A stretch of DNA of 63,394 nucleotides, filler included, from Craspedostauros australis (Eukaryota): NCBI GenBank assembly GCA_030167865.1. It is 16 parts of 16 records of this genome, joined end to end, with 100 filler letters (N's around TTAATTAATTAA, not from the genome) between each part and the next. Parts side by side here need not be neighbours in the genome. Positions count along the whole stretch, not along the records: positions 1 to 19,598 come from JALAGF010001615.1; positions 19,699 to 32,033 come from JALAGF010001620.1; 14 more parts are not named here. The stretch is one strand, 5' to 3'. Shown here piece by piece: positions 12,838 through 24,400 of the stretch (positions are counted from its first letter, which is position 1; each line of letters opens with the position of its first letter). The notes under the pieces were generated by a model. It was not told the DNA's origin and ran no database searches. It saw nothing but the letters and a program-made list of their open reading frames with translations. The translations under genes were made by a program, and so were the position numbers.

Positions 12838-14157
12838 TCATGTCCGCTTCAACATCTCACTGCCCTGCAACAGAAGATGAAAAGTCTCGCTCATGGGATC
12901 CATGGGACCCATTGCATGCATTGTACCACGACGTTTGTTTGTTCTCGTCAGCATCTCCCCAAACAGGGCCAGTGGCCGCGACCATGTTGGAAGGGAACAC
13001 AGAACTGCTCTCACCTTGTTGCGATGATTTCGCCGCAAGATACGTTCAACAAGCGCATTGTATGAATGGGCATGTTCGCCAGACGGGCGTGGATCAATGT
13101 GGAGATGGGTGAGTTGGGTAGTCTCCTCCAAGGCTTGCTCAAGTGCCTCCATTTGTGCCGAGGGGGTTTCAGGCCAAACTCCAAATATGGCAGCATTCCA
13201 GAACTCCAAGTATGTGAGAGATGACAAGCTCTTGTTTCCCAGGAGCGATATCAAAATGTCGAACCATGTATCTTGTTCTTGTCGCGATAACCCGTTCCAA
13301 ATACCAGAAACCGTGAGCTCCTTCAGGTGTGATGCATCTGAAAGGAGTTTGATGATCTGGTCGATTTCTTGTCGCGAGTAGGTTCGTTGTTGGTTGTAGT
13401 CCCCACAGAAACTGATGTTGAGCTTGTTGATGCGCTTGTTTGACTGGAATAGCTTTGCCAAGGTATCACAAGTGACACGAGTGCCTAAAAATGATACTTC
13501 GGTGACACTGCAATTGTTTGGAGATAGCCATCTGCACAAATCAGCGCCCCCATTGGCGAGCTTACAATTATTAAACACAACGGATTTGGAGTTTTGGGAG
13601 ATGTTGAACATGAGCTTGTCGCAATCAACAAGATCACATGAATACAAATGCACACGATGTGTCACAAGAGGGATATCGTGGAGCTGCTTCATCTTCGTGA
13701 AGCATTGAGTCAAGTAGATGCCTTTGTCGAATGGAGATTTGAGTGGGTGTTGGGCAGCCAATCGAAGTAAGAAGCGAATCGCTTGCTTGTCTTCTTCTCC
13801 GAATTGTTCAATAGTGCCGAATTTCAGATACAGGGATCGAATGCCCATCTGCCCGCATTCATTGCGAAACGAACCGCTCAGTAGAACATGAGGTGATAAA
13901 GCAACGTGTTTGTAGCACCGCTGCATCGATTCCAAGTCAGCAAAGGTGAATCCCACTTCGATGGCCATGTTCCAGTGTTCCATCCGCCTGGGTGTGACAC
14001 TGTAACAGTCGATCTGCTCTGCTCGTGGGTACCACGGAGTGAACACGGTCTTCGGGACCCACCATTTCTGATGAAGCCGTTTCCAGAAAGTCTTGAAGTC
14101 CGGATCATGGTCACTGTTGGCATTGATGTTGGCGTCACCATGCATGTTGAAAGCCAT
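12838..14157 (-). CDS. RNI-like leucine-rich-repeat protein, paralog 2 (439 aa)
   Basis: Intact ORF collinear with 9197-10534. Confidence 0.7.
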   Translation of the reverse strand: MAFNMHGDANINANSDHDPDFKTFWKRLHQKWWVPKTVFTPWYPRAEQIDCYSVTPRRMEHWNMAIEVGFTFADLESMQRCYKHVALSPHVLLSGSFRNECGQMGIRSLYLKFGTIEQFGEEDKQAIRFLLRLAAQHPLKSPFDKGIYLTQCFTKMKQLHDIPLVTHRVHLYSCDLVDCDKLMFNISQNSKSVVFNNCKLANGGADLCRWLSPNNCSVTEVSFLGTRVTCDTLAKLFQSNKRINKLNISFCGDYNQQRTYSRQEIDQIIKLLSDASHLKELTVSGIWNGLSRQEQDTWFDILISLLGNKSLSSLTYLEFWNAAIFGVWPETPSAQMEALEQALEETTQLTHLHIDPRPSGEHAHSYNALVERILRRNHRNKVRAVLCSLPTWSRPLALFGEMLTRTNKRRGTMHAMGPMDPMSETFHLLLQGSEMLKRT

Positions 14158-15217
14158 CCTGCTATGTGTTGTCGATGCTGGTTATGGTGGGGACTGTCGA
14201 TAGTGTTGGTTGCACAGCAGCAGAGCAGGCAGAGTCTGTGGTCCCAAATCAGTTGCGGTTGGATGGAGATTATGAGCTCATCTGCTCGAATTTGCTGTCT
14301 TCCATTTCATGATCCTGTGCATTCATCACGAAGGGATCTACCATCAGTCAACACGCCTTCATGGACTTGTGCAGTTCCACCAAGGTGTATGATGTGGCAT
14401 GGTGCGTTGTGGTATGGTTCGGTGTGGTACGACTGTGGATGTTCACATCATGATCCGAAGCTGGCTGGCTCGCTCGCTCACACGATACGACCTTCGATGG
14501 TGCCCAACTTGGCCATGCTGTGCAGTTGTGCCTCTTCATGTGATACCATTGTTTGTGTAATATGAGTAGGCACATCCCTCTGTGATGGTCTTGGGGGAGT
14601 CAACCATTATGCCATACGAATGCATACTATGTACTTCGGCAGTTGGATGTCATTGAACGACCGTAATGGGCGGATCCACAATGTGACGAATCCACCACGA
14701 TGACTTCTTCGGTGGACATCAGAGGCGTTTCCCGCGTTTTGTTGGGAGGATGATGACGATGATGACGATGGTGACACCACTCGTGTTTCAATCGACAACA
14801 AACGTATCCAGGACTCATCTCGCCTCCCACAATTATTGCGAACTCTGTGGCGAACGAATCAACCATCAGTCTTCCCATCAACACGGAGCGTGTGCGAGAG
14901 GATTCGTTCTGCGGCGATGACGATGGCCATGGTGGTGCTTCTGCAGACATCGCTGCAGAATACTGATGCAGATCGTCACAACCGCAACGCTCACATGATG
15001 ATCACCGTTGCCATCAAGCGTCTATCCACAGAGTACGCATACCAACACACACACTCTCTCTCTCTCGCTTCTCTCTGCTTCTTGAGAGTGACTTCGAACA
15101 ATGCCGGCTGGTTGATTTGGTTCCTCACTCAATGATCGCCCAACCACAGAGACAGCCACAACCAGAAGAATCACAGCAATGGCGGCAATGACAAAAATGA
15201 CACCAACGACGTGATTG

Positions 15218-16096
15218 ATGCATCAAAAGAGGATGATTGGTGTCATCTACATTGCGTGCATGGTGCATGGTGGTGGCAACGAACTCACTGCCATCCCCGT
15301 CGTCCCCGTTATCCTCACTCCAACGCAGAAGCGAAGCAGTAGCAGAAGCAGCAATGGGAGTGGGAGTGGGAACCACCAACCAATATGGAAGATTGCCGTG
15401 ATCGACGGTGGCATCGCCGGTCTCTTCTTGGCGCATGCTTTCGAGAACAACAGCAATACCGACACCAACGACCACAACGTCGCTTGGAAGGAATCATCCG
15501 AGGCCGAGCGTATCCAGCAACAGATGTGACAGCAGATCGATGGTGCCAAGATCCCTATGCACACCATCAGGCCCATCATCGATCGACTCATCGACAAGGC
15601 CGATAGTTCCTTCGAGTTGGGGATCTACTTCCACAATCCCTTTGCGCGGCAGTCCAAGGTGATGGTGGCCACCAACACAAATCGCAACCGCAACCGCAAT
15701 GGAAGCACCGGTGCAGACAAGGTCGCCATCCTGGCTGTCTGCGGTGATGCAGCGCATGCCATGCCACCGTTCCTTGGACAGGGCACCAATCAGGCCATCC
15801 AAGACGTCTACAGTCTGGCCAACGCCATTCGTCAATACACTATGCAGTACGATGGACAACTCAATGGTGGGATCAGCCTCGAAGACGTCCTGCAGACAGA
15901 ATACAATGACAAGCGATGATCCACCACCACGGACATCATGGACATCACGACCACCACAGCCAAGACCGGGCTGCTGGGATACCTGGAGGCCTCATTGGGA
16001 CCGTTGACCAAGTTCCGGAATGTGTCCTTCTTCACCATGGACAAAACAGTCGTTGCGAAGAAGATCTTTCTGGATGCAGCCATTCCGAGGGTATGA
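15218..16096 (+). pseudogene. FAD-dependent monooxygenase pseudogene with large internal deletion
   Basis: VIDGGIAG (GxGxxG mutated) joined almost directly to VAWK...; GDAAHAMPPFLGQGTNQAIQD; stops at 15527-15529 and 15917-15919. Confidence 0.85.
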
Positions 16097-16573
16097 GAAT
16101 GTGTGTCGCGGTGTGAAATCGCGATGTGGTGCAGATAGGTTCTATGGACGGCTTTCGCTTGTTGTTGATGGACCAGCCATACTCGAACAATCTAGACATT
16201 CCATGCTTCTCATCAACCACAACACACAATCGCAATCATAATCACAATCTCAAGCGAATTCCTCCCAATCAATCAATAAATCAATCAACCAACCATCTCC
16301 CTTTCTCTGTGCCACGAGCACGAGTACACATGCATCGAGGACGCCCATGCTCGACCAATGCATCATAGTTATTCGGAGTAAGGCTGCACAGTATCCTAAT
16401 GTATGCGTGACATTGAACGTACTCGTACTATCTCAATCATTGGTGCACTCCGCCTTGCTTTGCAAACTGTCGAGTGGAACCTTCGTTGCTTTGACGAGTG
16501 TGGCCAGTCCGTTATCACTTCCGATGCTCTGGCAGAAGCGCTTTGATCTATTCCAGGCAGCATCTCGTCTTTG

Positions 16574-17935
16574 CTAGTTCTTCTCGTGGGCAATGGAATC
16601 TTTCTCAAGTTGGACGAGCCGATCCGCTCTCTTGTCGTCCCATGCCCGCTTCAACATGTCACTGCCCTGCAACAGAAGATGGAAAGTCTCGTTCGTGGGA
16701 TTGTATGTACCCAATATGTTCCACCGTCTGCTTGTCCTAATCAGCATCTCCCCAAACAGGGCCAGTGGCCGCGACCATGTTGGAAGGGAGCACAGCACTG
16801 CTCTCACCTTGTTGCGATGATTTCGCCGCAAGATACGTTCAACAAGCGCATTGTATGAATGGACATGTTCATCAGGCAGGCGTGGTCGAATGTGGAGATA
16901 GGTGAGTTGGGTAGTCTGCTCCAAGGCTTGCTGAAGTGCTTCCGTTTGTGCTGAGAGGGTCTCAGGCGGAACCTCAAACATGTCGGGCTTCCAGAACTCC
17001 AAGTATGTGAGAGATGACAAGCTCTTGTTTCCCAGGAGTGATATCAATGCGTCGAACCATTTCATCTGCTCTGGCTCCGATGACCCAATCCAAATACCAG
17101 AAACCGTGAGCTCCTTCAGGTGCGATGCATCTGAAAGGAGGTGGATGATCCGGTCGATTTCTTGTGAGTGGATGTGTTGGGTGCTGTTGTCCCGACAGAT
17201 ACTGATTTGGAGCTTGTTGATGCGCTTGTTTGACTGGAATAGCTTTGACAAGGTATCACAAGTGACGCGGGTGCTATAAAAGGATACTTCAGTGATACTG
17301 CAATTGTTTGGAGACAGCCATCTCCACAAATCAGCGCCCCCATTGGCGAGCTTACAGTTACTAAACATAACCCACTTCGAGTTTTGGGAGATGTTGAACA
17401 TGAGCTTGTCGCAATCAACAAGATCACATGAATCCAAATGCACACTATGTGTCACAAGAGGGATATCGTGGAGCTGCTTCATCTCCACGAAGCATTGAGG
17501 CAAGCAGATGCCTTTGCTGCATGAAGACTTGGGTGAATGTTCGGTAGCCAATCGAACCACGAAGCGAATCGCTTGCTTGTCTTCTTCTCCCAATTGGCCA
17601 TCCCTGCCGAAGTTCAGATACAGGGATCCAATGCGCATCCGCCCGCAGCTCTGGAGCCACGAATCGCTCAGTAGAACATGAGGTGATAAAGCAATGTGGT
17701 TGTGCCGCCGCTTCATCGATTTCAAGTCAGAAAAGGTGAATCCTGCTTCGATGGCCATGTCCCAGTATTCCATCCGCTTGGGTGTGACACTGTAGCAGTC
17801 GATCTGCTTTGCTGTTGAGCACTGCGCGTTGAACACGGTCTTCGATGACAGCTCTTTGCCATGGAGCTGTTTCCAGAATGCCTCGAAGTGAGGGTCATGG
17901 TTGGTGTTGGCGACATCATCCATGTTGCAGTTCAT
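16574..17935 (-). CDS. RNI-like leucine-rich-repeat protein, paralog 3 (453 aa)
   Basis: Intact ORF collinear with paralogs 1 and 2; reads TGG where the others have the TGA stop, giving a longer C-terminus. Confidence 0.7.
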   Translation of the reverse strand: MNCNMDDVANTNHDPHFEAFWKQLHGKELSSKTVFNAQCSTAKQIDCYSVTPKRMEYWDMAIEAGFTFSDLKSMKRRHNHIALSPHVLLSDSWLQSCGRMRIGSLYLNFGRDGQLGEEDKQAIRFVVRLATEHSPKSSCSKGICLPQCFVEMKQLHDIPLVTHSVHLDSCDLVDCDKLMFNISQNSKWVMFSNCKLANGGADLWRWLSPNNCSITEVSFYSTRVTCDTLSKLFQSNKRINKLQISICRDNSTQHIHSQEIDRIIHLLSDASHLKELTVSGIWIGSSEPEQMKWFDALISLLGNKSLSSLTYLEFWKPDMFEVPPETLSAQTEALQQALEQTTQLTYLHIRPRLPDEHVHSYNALVERILRRNHRNKVRAVLCSLPTWSRPLALFGEMLIRTSRRWNILGTYNPTNETFHLLLQGSDMLKRAWDDKRADRLVQLEKDSIAHEKN

Positions 17936-18691
17936 CCGTTTCTTGTTGTCACTGTCGTCGCAGTTGTTACGGCTGATGCCGATTGTTGCTGATTATTGTT
18001 GATTGTGGCACAATCGTATGAGTAGAGCTGACAGAGCAGGCAGAGTATGTAGAGTAGGTGTGTGGTCCCAAATCAGTTGCGCTTGGATGGCGATTGTGAG
18101 CTCATCTGCTCAAGCTTGCTGTCCTCCATTCCATGATCCGGTGCATTCATCACGAAGGGATCTACCATCAGTCAACACACCTTCATGGACTTGCGCAGTT
18201 CCACCACTGTGTACGGTATGGTGTGGTGTGGTGTGATACGACCGTGGACAGCCACATCATGATCCGAAGCTGGCTCGCTCGCTCACACGATACGACCTTT
18301 GATCGTGCCCAACTTGGCCACGTTGTGCGGTTGCGCCTCTCCATGTGATACCGTAGGTCGTGTAACATGAGTACATCCCTCCGTGATGGTCTTGGGGGAG
18401 TCAACTACGATACTATTACATTATTCCGATCGATACAGTTCTTCGGCAGTTGGATGTCATCGAACGACTGTAATGGGCAGATCCACGATGTGACGAGTCC
18501 ACGATGCGAGGAATCCACCACGATGGCTTCTTCCGTGGACATCAGAGGCGTTTCTCGTGTTTTGTCGAGATGATGATGGCGATGATGACGATGGTGACAC
18601 CACTCGTGTTTCAATCGACAACAAACGTATCCAGGACTCATCTCGCCTCACTCGATCATTGCGAACTCTGTGGCGAATGAATCAACCATCA

Positions 18692-19598
18692 GGACCGTCC
18701 GGTACTTGGATTAGTCGTGGATAAATAAGACAATTTTCATTCGACTCAATAGACTACTTTAGCACCAGTTTCGTGGGTTCATGTTTCAATTCTGTGGACA
18801 CACATTTCCATATTGATTATAACGGTCAACTCAAACCTATAACGTTCAGAGAGCAGGACAGGCCAGCCAACACGGAACGCTTGAGTGTCTTCCTGTCACC
18901 GTTCTGAATCAAACCCCCCGTTCTGAATCAGACAGCTCATTCTGGATTCAGAATCAGAACTTCTGAAGTTCTGAATCCGTTCTGACTCGATTATGTTGTC
19001 TGAATGCTCTTGCGGACGAGGGCCGGGTGGTTTACAAGATTGTCACCATTTTAAACATGACACATAACGTATATTAACGCCTGTCAAACACAACAAGTTG
19101 GTAACACAACAACCATTTCTTTGTTGTTTGCTGTCGAGCGCTCACACGCACATCATCGATAGCTGCTCCATCGTCGCTGTCGCTGTCGCTGGTACTGTTG
19201 CTGTTGCTGCACACTTGCAAGTCTTCACACATCATACCACGAGTACACCCTCTTCGATTCACAATGGCTGATGTGATCACAGCTGATCAAATGCTCCACA
19301 TGGGGCTCATGGTGGTGAGCTCCTGCTATGGTGAATTCGACGGTAAGAGTATGATGGCCAAGACCAGCTGCTTCCGGTCGCATTTTGGTGTCGGGCCTGC
19401 AGCTGTCGCGGCTCTCTACTCTGACCTCCAATCGCTCAACATCGACCATGCGTTCGCGAGAATCTCTTTGCGCAGGTTGCTCATCGCTCTGTTCTGGATC
19501 AAGACATACAGCACGGAGACCTTGATGACCAGCAAGTTCCACCTCACCGAGAAGACGATTCGAAAGCACTGCCTCGCATACGTGCAATCGATTGCTGC
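18692..19598 (+). mobile_element. Left part of a putative PIF/Harbinger(ISL2EU)-like DNA transposon, truncated by contig end
   Basis: Homology to the triplicated unit stops abruptly after ...aaccatca; new sequence begins GGACCGTCC, is AT-rich, has a TTCTGAATC repeat cluster, then a transposase-like ORF. Confidence 0.55.
19264..19598 (+). CDS. N-terminal fragment of DDE (Harbinger/DDE_Tnp_4-associated) transposase-like protein
   Basis: FRSHFGVGP...LLIALFWIKTYSTE...EKTIRKH..YV..IA resembles the HTH-containing N-terminus of diatom Harbinger-type transposases; catalytic DDE region lost in the gap. Confidence 0.6.
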
Positions 19599-19698
19599 NN
19601 NNNNNNNNNNNNNNNNNNNNNNNNNNNNNNNNNNNNNNNNNNTTAATTAATTAANNNNNNNNNNNNNNNNNNNNNNNNNNNNNNNNNNNNNNNNNNNN
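19599..19698. other. Artificial contig spacer N44-TTAATTAATTAA-N44 (first of 15; linkers also at 32078, 34934, 36187, 42798, 44149, 45761, 47262, 48728, 50158, 52541, 53906, 55298, 58249, 60555)
   Basis: Identical 12-mer with stops in all six frames, centred in fixed-length N runs. Confidence 0.97.
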
Positions 19699-21449
19699 TC
19701 GAGAAAGGGGCGCAGCTCATGTCGCAACAGATCTTTGATGGATTCCATGGTGATGATGTTCTTTTGACTGGATTTGGTGGTGCCCGTCCTCATGATGCCG
19801 TCTCGTTCCCCTTCTCGTTCTTGTCCGGCCAAAGGATCATCGATGCCGTCGGCTGGGAGATCGTTGATACCATCGGTTGGGCACATTTTGTACTTGTGAA
19901 TTGATTTGCTCCGAGACCTGTGCGTAGATTTATGACGTAGAGTATGGTGTGATATCCGAAAAAGAGGAAGACACCTGGTTGCTTGCCAGATGTATTCGTA
20001 CTCGTATTGATGGCCTCCCCGCGTCGAAGCTGTTCTTACAGTACGCGTACGGCAGGTCGTACTTCAACTCAACCTACAACGAGTGCACTCTTGTCCTGTT
20101 TCAATCACAACCAACAGCGACGGCGATACGTTCACTCCTGCTGTCGATCTCAGATGGCTGCGAGCGGTTGAGAGTGACGGGGTGGGTAAATCGTTCGGTG
20201 CGACGTCTTTCGGTTGCGATGGACGATCGTACCACAGCATCGTCTTCAACCACCGTGGGTCGACATTGTCGTTCACCGTCTCCGTTGCCGCTCTCTCCAG
20301 CATCGCCCGTGGTGTCTGTCGTCATCGTGGTGGGAAAAGAGCGAACCGGATGGAAACCATTGTTTCGAGAATCCGCATTGGTGACTGACTTCAAACAAGA
20401 CCCACAACAACCCTAAAAAATGCATGCGGCTGTTGACAAATCACAAACAGTCAAGAAGCAATCAGAAATACTGACATTCACCTGACATGACGAGCAGACA
20501 TACATCCGAGGACATTCACGAACCAACTGGACCAGAGTACTACTGCGCTCAGCAATAATTTACACCACAGTAACGCTGGTTGTTAACCTCCAACACGGGA
20601 ATTGTCGTGTTTCGTAGCCCAGTCTAGAGCAAAATTGCAAAAAGTGCTGATGATGCTATATCGCAACACCATATCATTTATAAGTAAAGATAAGTGTACC
20701 ACGTGAACAAATCACTTGCGAAGTAGAGGAATATTGAACTTCGATTTAAATTAACTTTAAACTTAACATCATTTTTGTCGATGATGTGTGATTGTGTGCG
20801 GCACAAAACTCTGGATAGCGCCATGGTGCCATCACTTTGACATCCAAGATGATGCCATAACCGTCTCGTTTCGTCCACCTGCGCACCTCATTGTCTCCAT
20901 ACACTCCATATGTATCCGTCCCTGACAAGCATGCTCAGATCGACCCCCCTTCAATGCACCTTGTGAGCCCATTGCTGAAAACCAACATTTTCGAAAATGA
21001 AGAACAGTCCAGAAGCGGCCGCTTTGTCCCATCATATCTCCTGTTCACAACCATCTCTGTTCCCCCACACAGCACACCTCGATCCCTGATTCGTTGGGGA
21101 CATGTTGATGCATCCCAAATTGCCTCAAGATGGATCTCCACATTTATCAACATCTAGATCGAAACTAGGTAATATCTCCCATGACTGAAACGTGATTCGA
21201 CTTGATTTGAGAAGCATAGTCGGATGAGTCTTGATGATGCGAACAGTGCTCAGGTTCTGCAGTCATCCGAACTGACATAGGCACTGACATCATCGAGTGA
21301 CATCAGAGGATCAGTCATTGTGATCCGAGGAATCGAGATTATAATAATAATAACTCAAGGATTACATTAGGAATGTGCTCTGTAGGCTTTACCCTCGCCT
21401 CCGCCGGCCCCGTGGGACCGGGCTTCGAACGAGCTGTCGAATACCTCCG

Positions 21450-24400
21450 TCATGTCAGGCCGAGCCAACTACTCATAAGCCGCCTCTCATTCTGCATGGT
21501 GCGTGCCCGTCGCCGGGCCGCCACCTTGATTTGAACCTCCTGCACGTTGAGTATCCATTGTTGCATTTGCATCTCTGTGGCGTACTCCATCTGGTACCCC
21601 TCACGGAGGAGTACCGCTTCGGACTCCGTCATATCCTGGCTTACACCGCCGGTCATCCGTCTCACTTGCCTCCGTAAATCCGCAAGCGCCGGGTGTTGAT
21701 CAGCGTCGTGTACTTTCTCGTTGCGTGCCCTCCACACGCCCCACGGAACCTTCCAGACCCACCGTACCACCTCTTTCATCCATGCGAGGTCGTCAGGAAA
21801 CCTGCATTCGTGCTGCTCCATCCATTGAGCTTGCTGCTTTCGCCAGTCCTTGTGCATGAACCCCAACATCAGCGGGTACCAGCCGACACCTTTCTGGATG
21901 CCAGGCGCCTCTTGACACCGTCTCCACTTGACGAGACCGATGCGCATGTTGGCCACCAGCCTGGGCGCGGTTCCAATGTACACCATTCTGTCGATCAGTT
22001 CGTCTGCCGCAGTAGTCCACGCGGTCGCGTGTTCTTTACACCTCAGAACATGCCTTGTAGTTTCGGTTGCCCCACAGAACGCACACTGCTCGCTTTCCTG
22101 CTGGCCCATTTGCTTCATTTTTCGGCCCACGCCGACAAACCCGGACGACCACTTGGTAACGAATTTTGCCGCGTCGCGATTCTTCTTGGCACCTCGTGCA
22201 CCTTGGTACCCCTCCCAGTCCACACTTCGAGCAGTCTCCATGTTCCACTCAAATTTCTTGGCCCAATAGGCCAAGGTGGCTGCGGCTTGGAGGGTCTTGT
22301 ACACTTCTTGCTGCCCCACATGAGAATAATGCTCCCCATTGACGACGACAGTCCATCGGTTTGTCACCGACCGCCACCGTCTCACTCGTCGTCGGGAAGC
22401 AGTTATCGCCCAGAAGGCTTTGGCGCGCTTGTCCCATTCCACGTTCAGTTTCTCGAGCATGGAGAGACTCTTCCCCGTGCTGTCCTGGTGCCCTCGCACC
22501 CACTCCCATGTCAGGCTGGCCCGGATGCGCCCTCGCAAACGATGTATCTCCACAAGAATATCCCAGTCCCGTTGTCCGGGGCGTGCGAAGTCTTCTTGAG
22601 CTCGTCGAAGGGCCTGAGATCCGTCCAGGGCCAATGTGACAGAGCACGTCTCGTCCAGATCTGGAACCATATCCAACATCTCGAGTGAGGCCCATATGCC
22701 TGCCAGCTCGCTCCGATAGGAGCTATGGACTGAAGGTGGTCCTGGGACGAAGGTGTTGCATGCCACGTGTCGCTGCGTAGCCTCGTCGAACATAATTGAA
22801 CACGAAGTACCGCGTGCTGACTTGAACGACCCGTCACTCACCAGTAGGAGCGTATGGTTTCGCGCCGCTATCGACATGAGTTCCCAGGTAGCATCCCCGC
22901 CCAGGTCCTCCACCGGATCGTACGGTTGCTCGGACTGCTCAGGCTCTCGGTCGAGCCCAATGCGTCCATTCCAGGTAATCCCTCGCTCCGTAGTCGCCAC
23001 GACCACTCGATGTATGTTAGCGGGGAGCAACCCTACTGACCCCTGCGGCCGGTACGACACTGATCGTGTCCTGCCTCGCCGTAGCGGCACGAACACTCGT
23101 ATTGGGTTGGCATGCGAATCGTAGATCTTGTTCGACAGCGCCGACTTCCACCACCGCCATGTACCGTCGTTCCTGTGCCATTTCCCAAGGGGAGCTTGGA
23201 GCGACCGACCTCGGTAACACAGACTCCTGCACCACCTTTGCCATTCCCTCCACCACCCACTGGGAAGATTTTCCGGACTACGAGCCCATGAGCGCCCTCT
23301 AGACGGGGCATCCCTACCTTCCATGACACCGATTGCCAGTGACGTCCCGGCTGCCTCGACAATGTCCGACATTCGGGAAACCCCGAGTTTCATCCTGCAC
23401 ATGTTCAGGTGATATAGCATAGCACCTTTCACGCCGTCGCGGACCCATCGGGTCATAAGGAACTCGTCCCCGTCTCGTTGAAGCTCTGAAGCCTCCGTGG
23501 TCTCCACTATATTCACTCCCGTGTCATACAACTGCCTCCATAGGCCTTTCACCCAACAGGGAGTCACACAGTGGTGAAGCTCCTCGTACGAATGATCGAA
23601 CAAAGAGCCGCCAATACCCAGCTCTGTTTTGACGGCTTGTATCGAACACCGTAACATCCGACCCGTGGGGGTGTCCCCATGGACTTCGTCAAACACCAGC
23701 TGAATCTGTTGAATTAGTTGCCGGTGGACTGGGTTGGGCACCCCTAGCCCGCCAAGCGAGACAGGAGCATAAACCAGATCTCTCGGAAATGTTCTTGAAC
23801 ACCCCATCATCGGCAACGCTGCGAGCAGTGCTGGCGCCATGATCCTTCTCCACTGGGCTGCGGTAAGTTGGGTGATCCCCATCACGTACTCGACCGACTT
23901 GATAAAACGGAGAGTTAGGGCACACTTCGCGTCTTCTGGGGACAGCTGTGACCTTCGCATTTTTCCGGCGAAGTCCTCGGCTTTCGACCTGAGTGCCTTT
24001 ACCTGTTGCTCCTCGTTTCCGTCGAACGACAGGAACACCCCGAGCGTGAATAGAGGCTGGTCCAGGGGCCGTCGCGGTATTGCACTTCGTGCCCCATCCC
24101 CATCGACAATGACGATCTCTTCTTCCAGGTCGCCATCTGTCCACTGCCAGTGGCCGTCTTCAAACCGTGGGCTCAGAGACCACCACGCAGACTTGTTAGG
24201 GACGATGGCGCCTCCTGTGACACGCAGCAACCCGCTCCAGTCTTGGACCATGTTTGCGAACTGCTCCGCCGAAACCCTGGTATCCCTTCCGAGCATGACC
24301 AGGTCCGTATCATCGACAAACGCGGACCCGAGGACATCGAAGCTTCCGTTGCCATTTGGGAAAGCCACCGTCTGCTTGTGCCCCCTTTGCTCCATAGCCT

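Larger units (their letters stand above)
7749..18691. repeat. Tandem segmental triplication, unit ~3.6 kb (homologous anchors at 8956, 12591, 16212), each unit = RNI-like LRR gene plus divergent monooxygenase remnant
   Basis: Coding and intergenic blocks recur three times (e.g. tcccaaatcagttgcg, cacgaagggatcta, ccactcgtgtttcaat). The third unit stops at 18691. Confidence 0.92.

Noticed and set aside
9197..17935. Diversity-generating retroelement acting on the LRR paralogs using the nearby RT
   Set aside because: Differences are spread along whole genes and not evidently adenine-specific; no TR/VR pair; the RT is a LINE-type polyprotein on another contig.
19643..19654. Recurrent TTAATTAATTAA palindrome as a biological motif
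   Set aside because: Always centred in 44+44 Ns; it is an assembly linker. ORFs ending in it are artificially terminated.
19699..21160. Short ORFs and an AT-rich possible transposon end left of the retroelement
   Set aside because: Fragmentary, stop-ridden, with no recognisable domain or paired terminus; cannot be linked to the transposase across the spacer.
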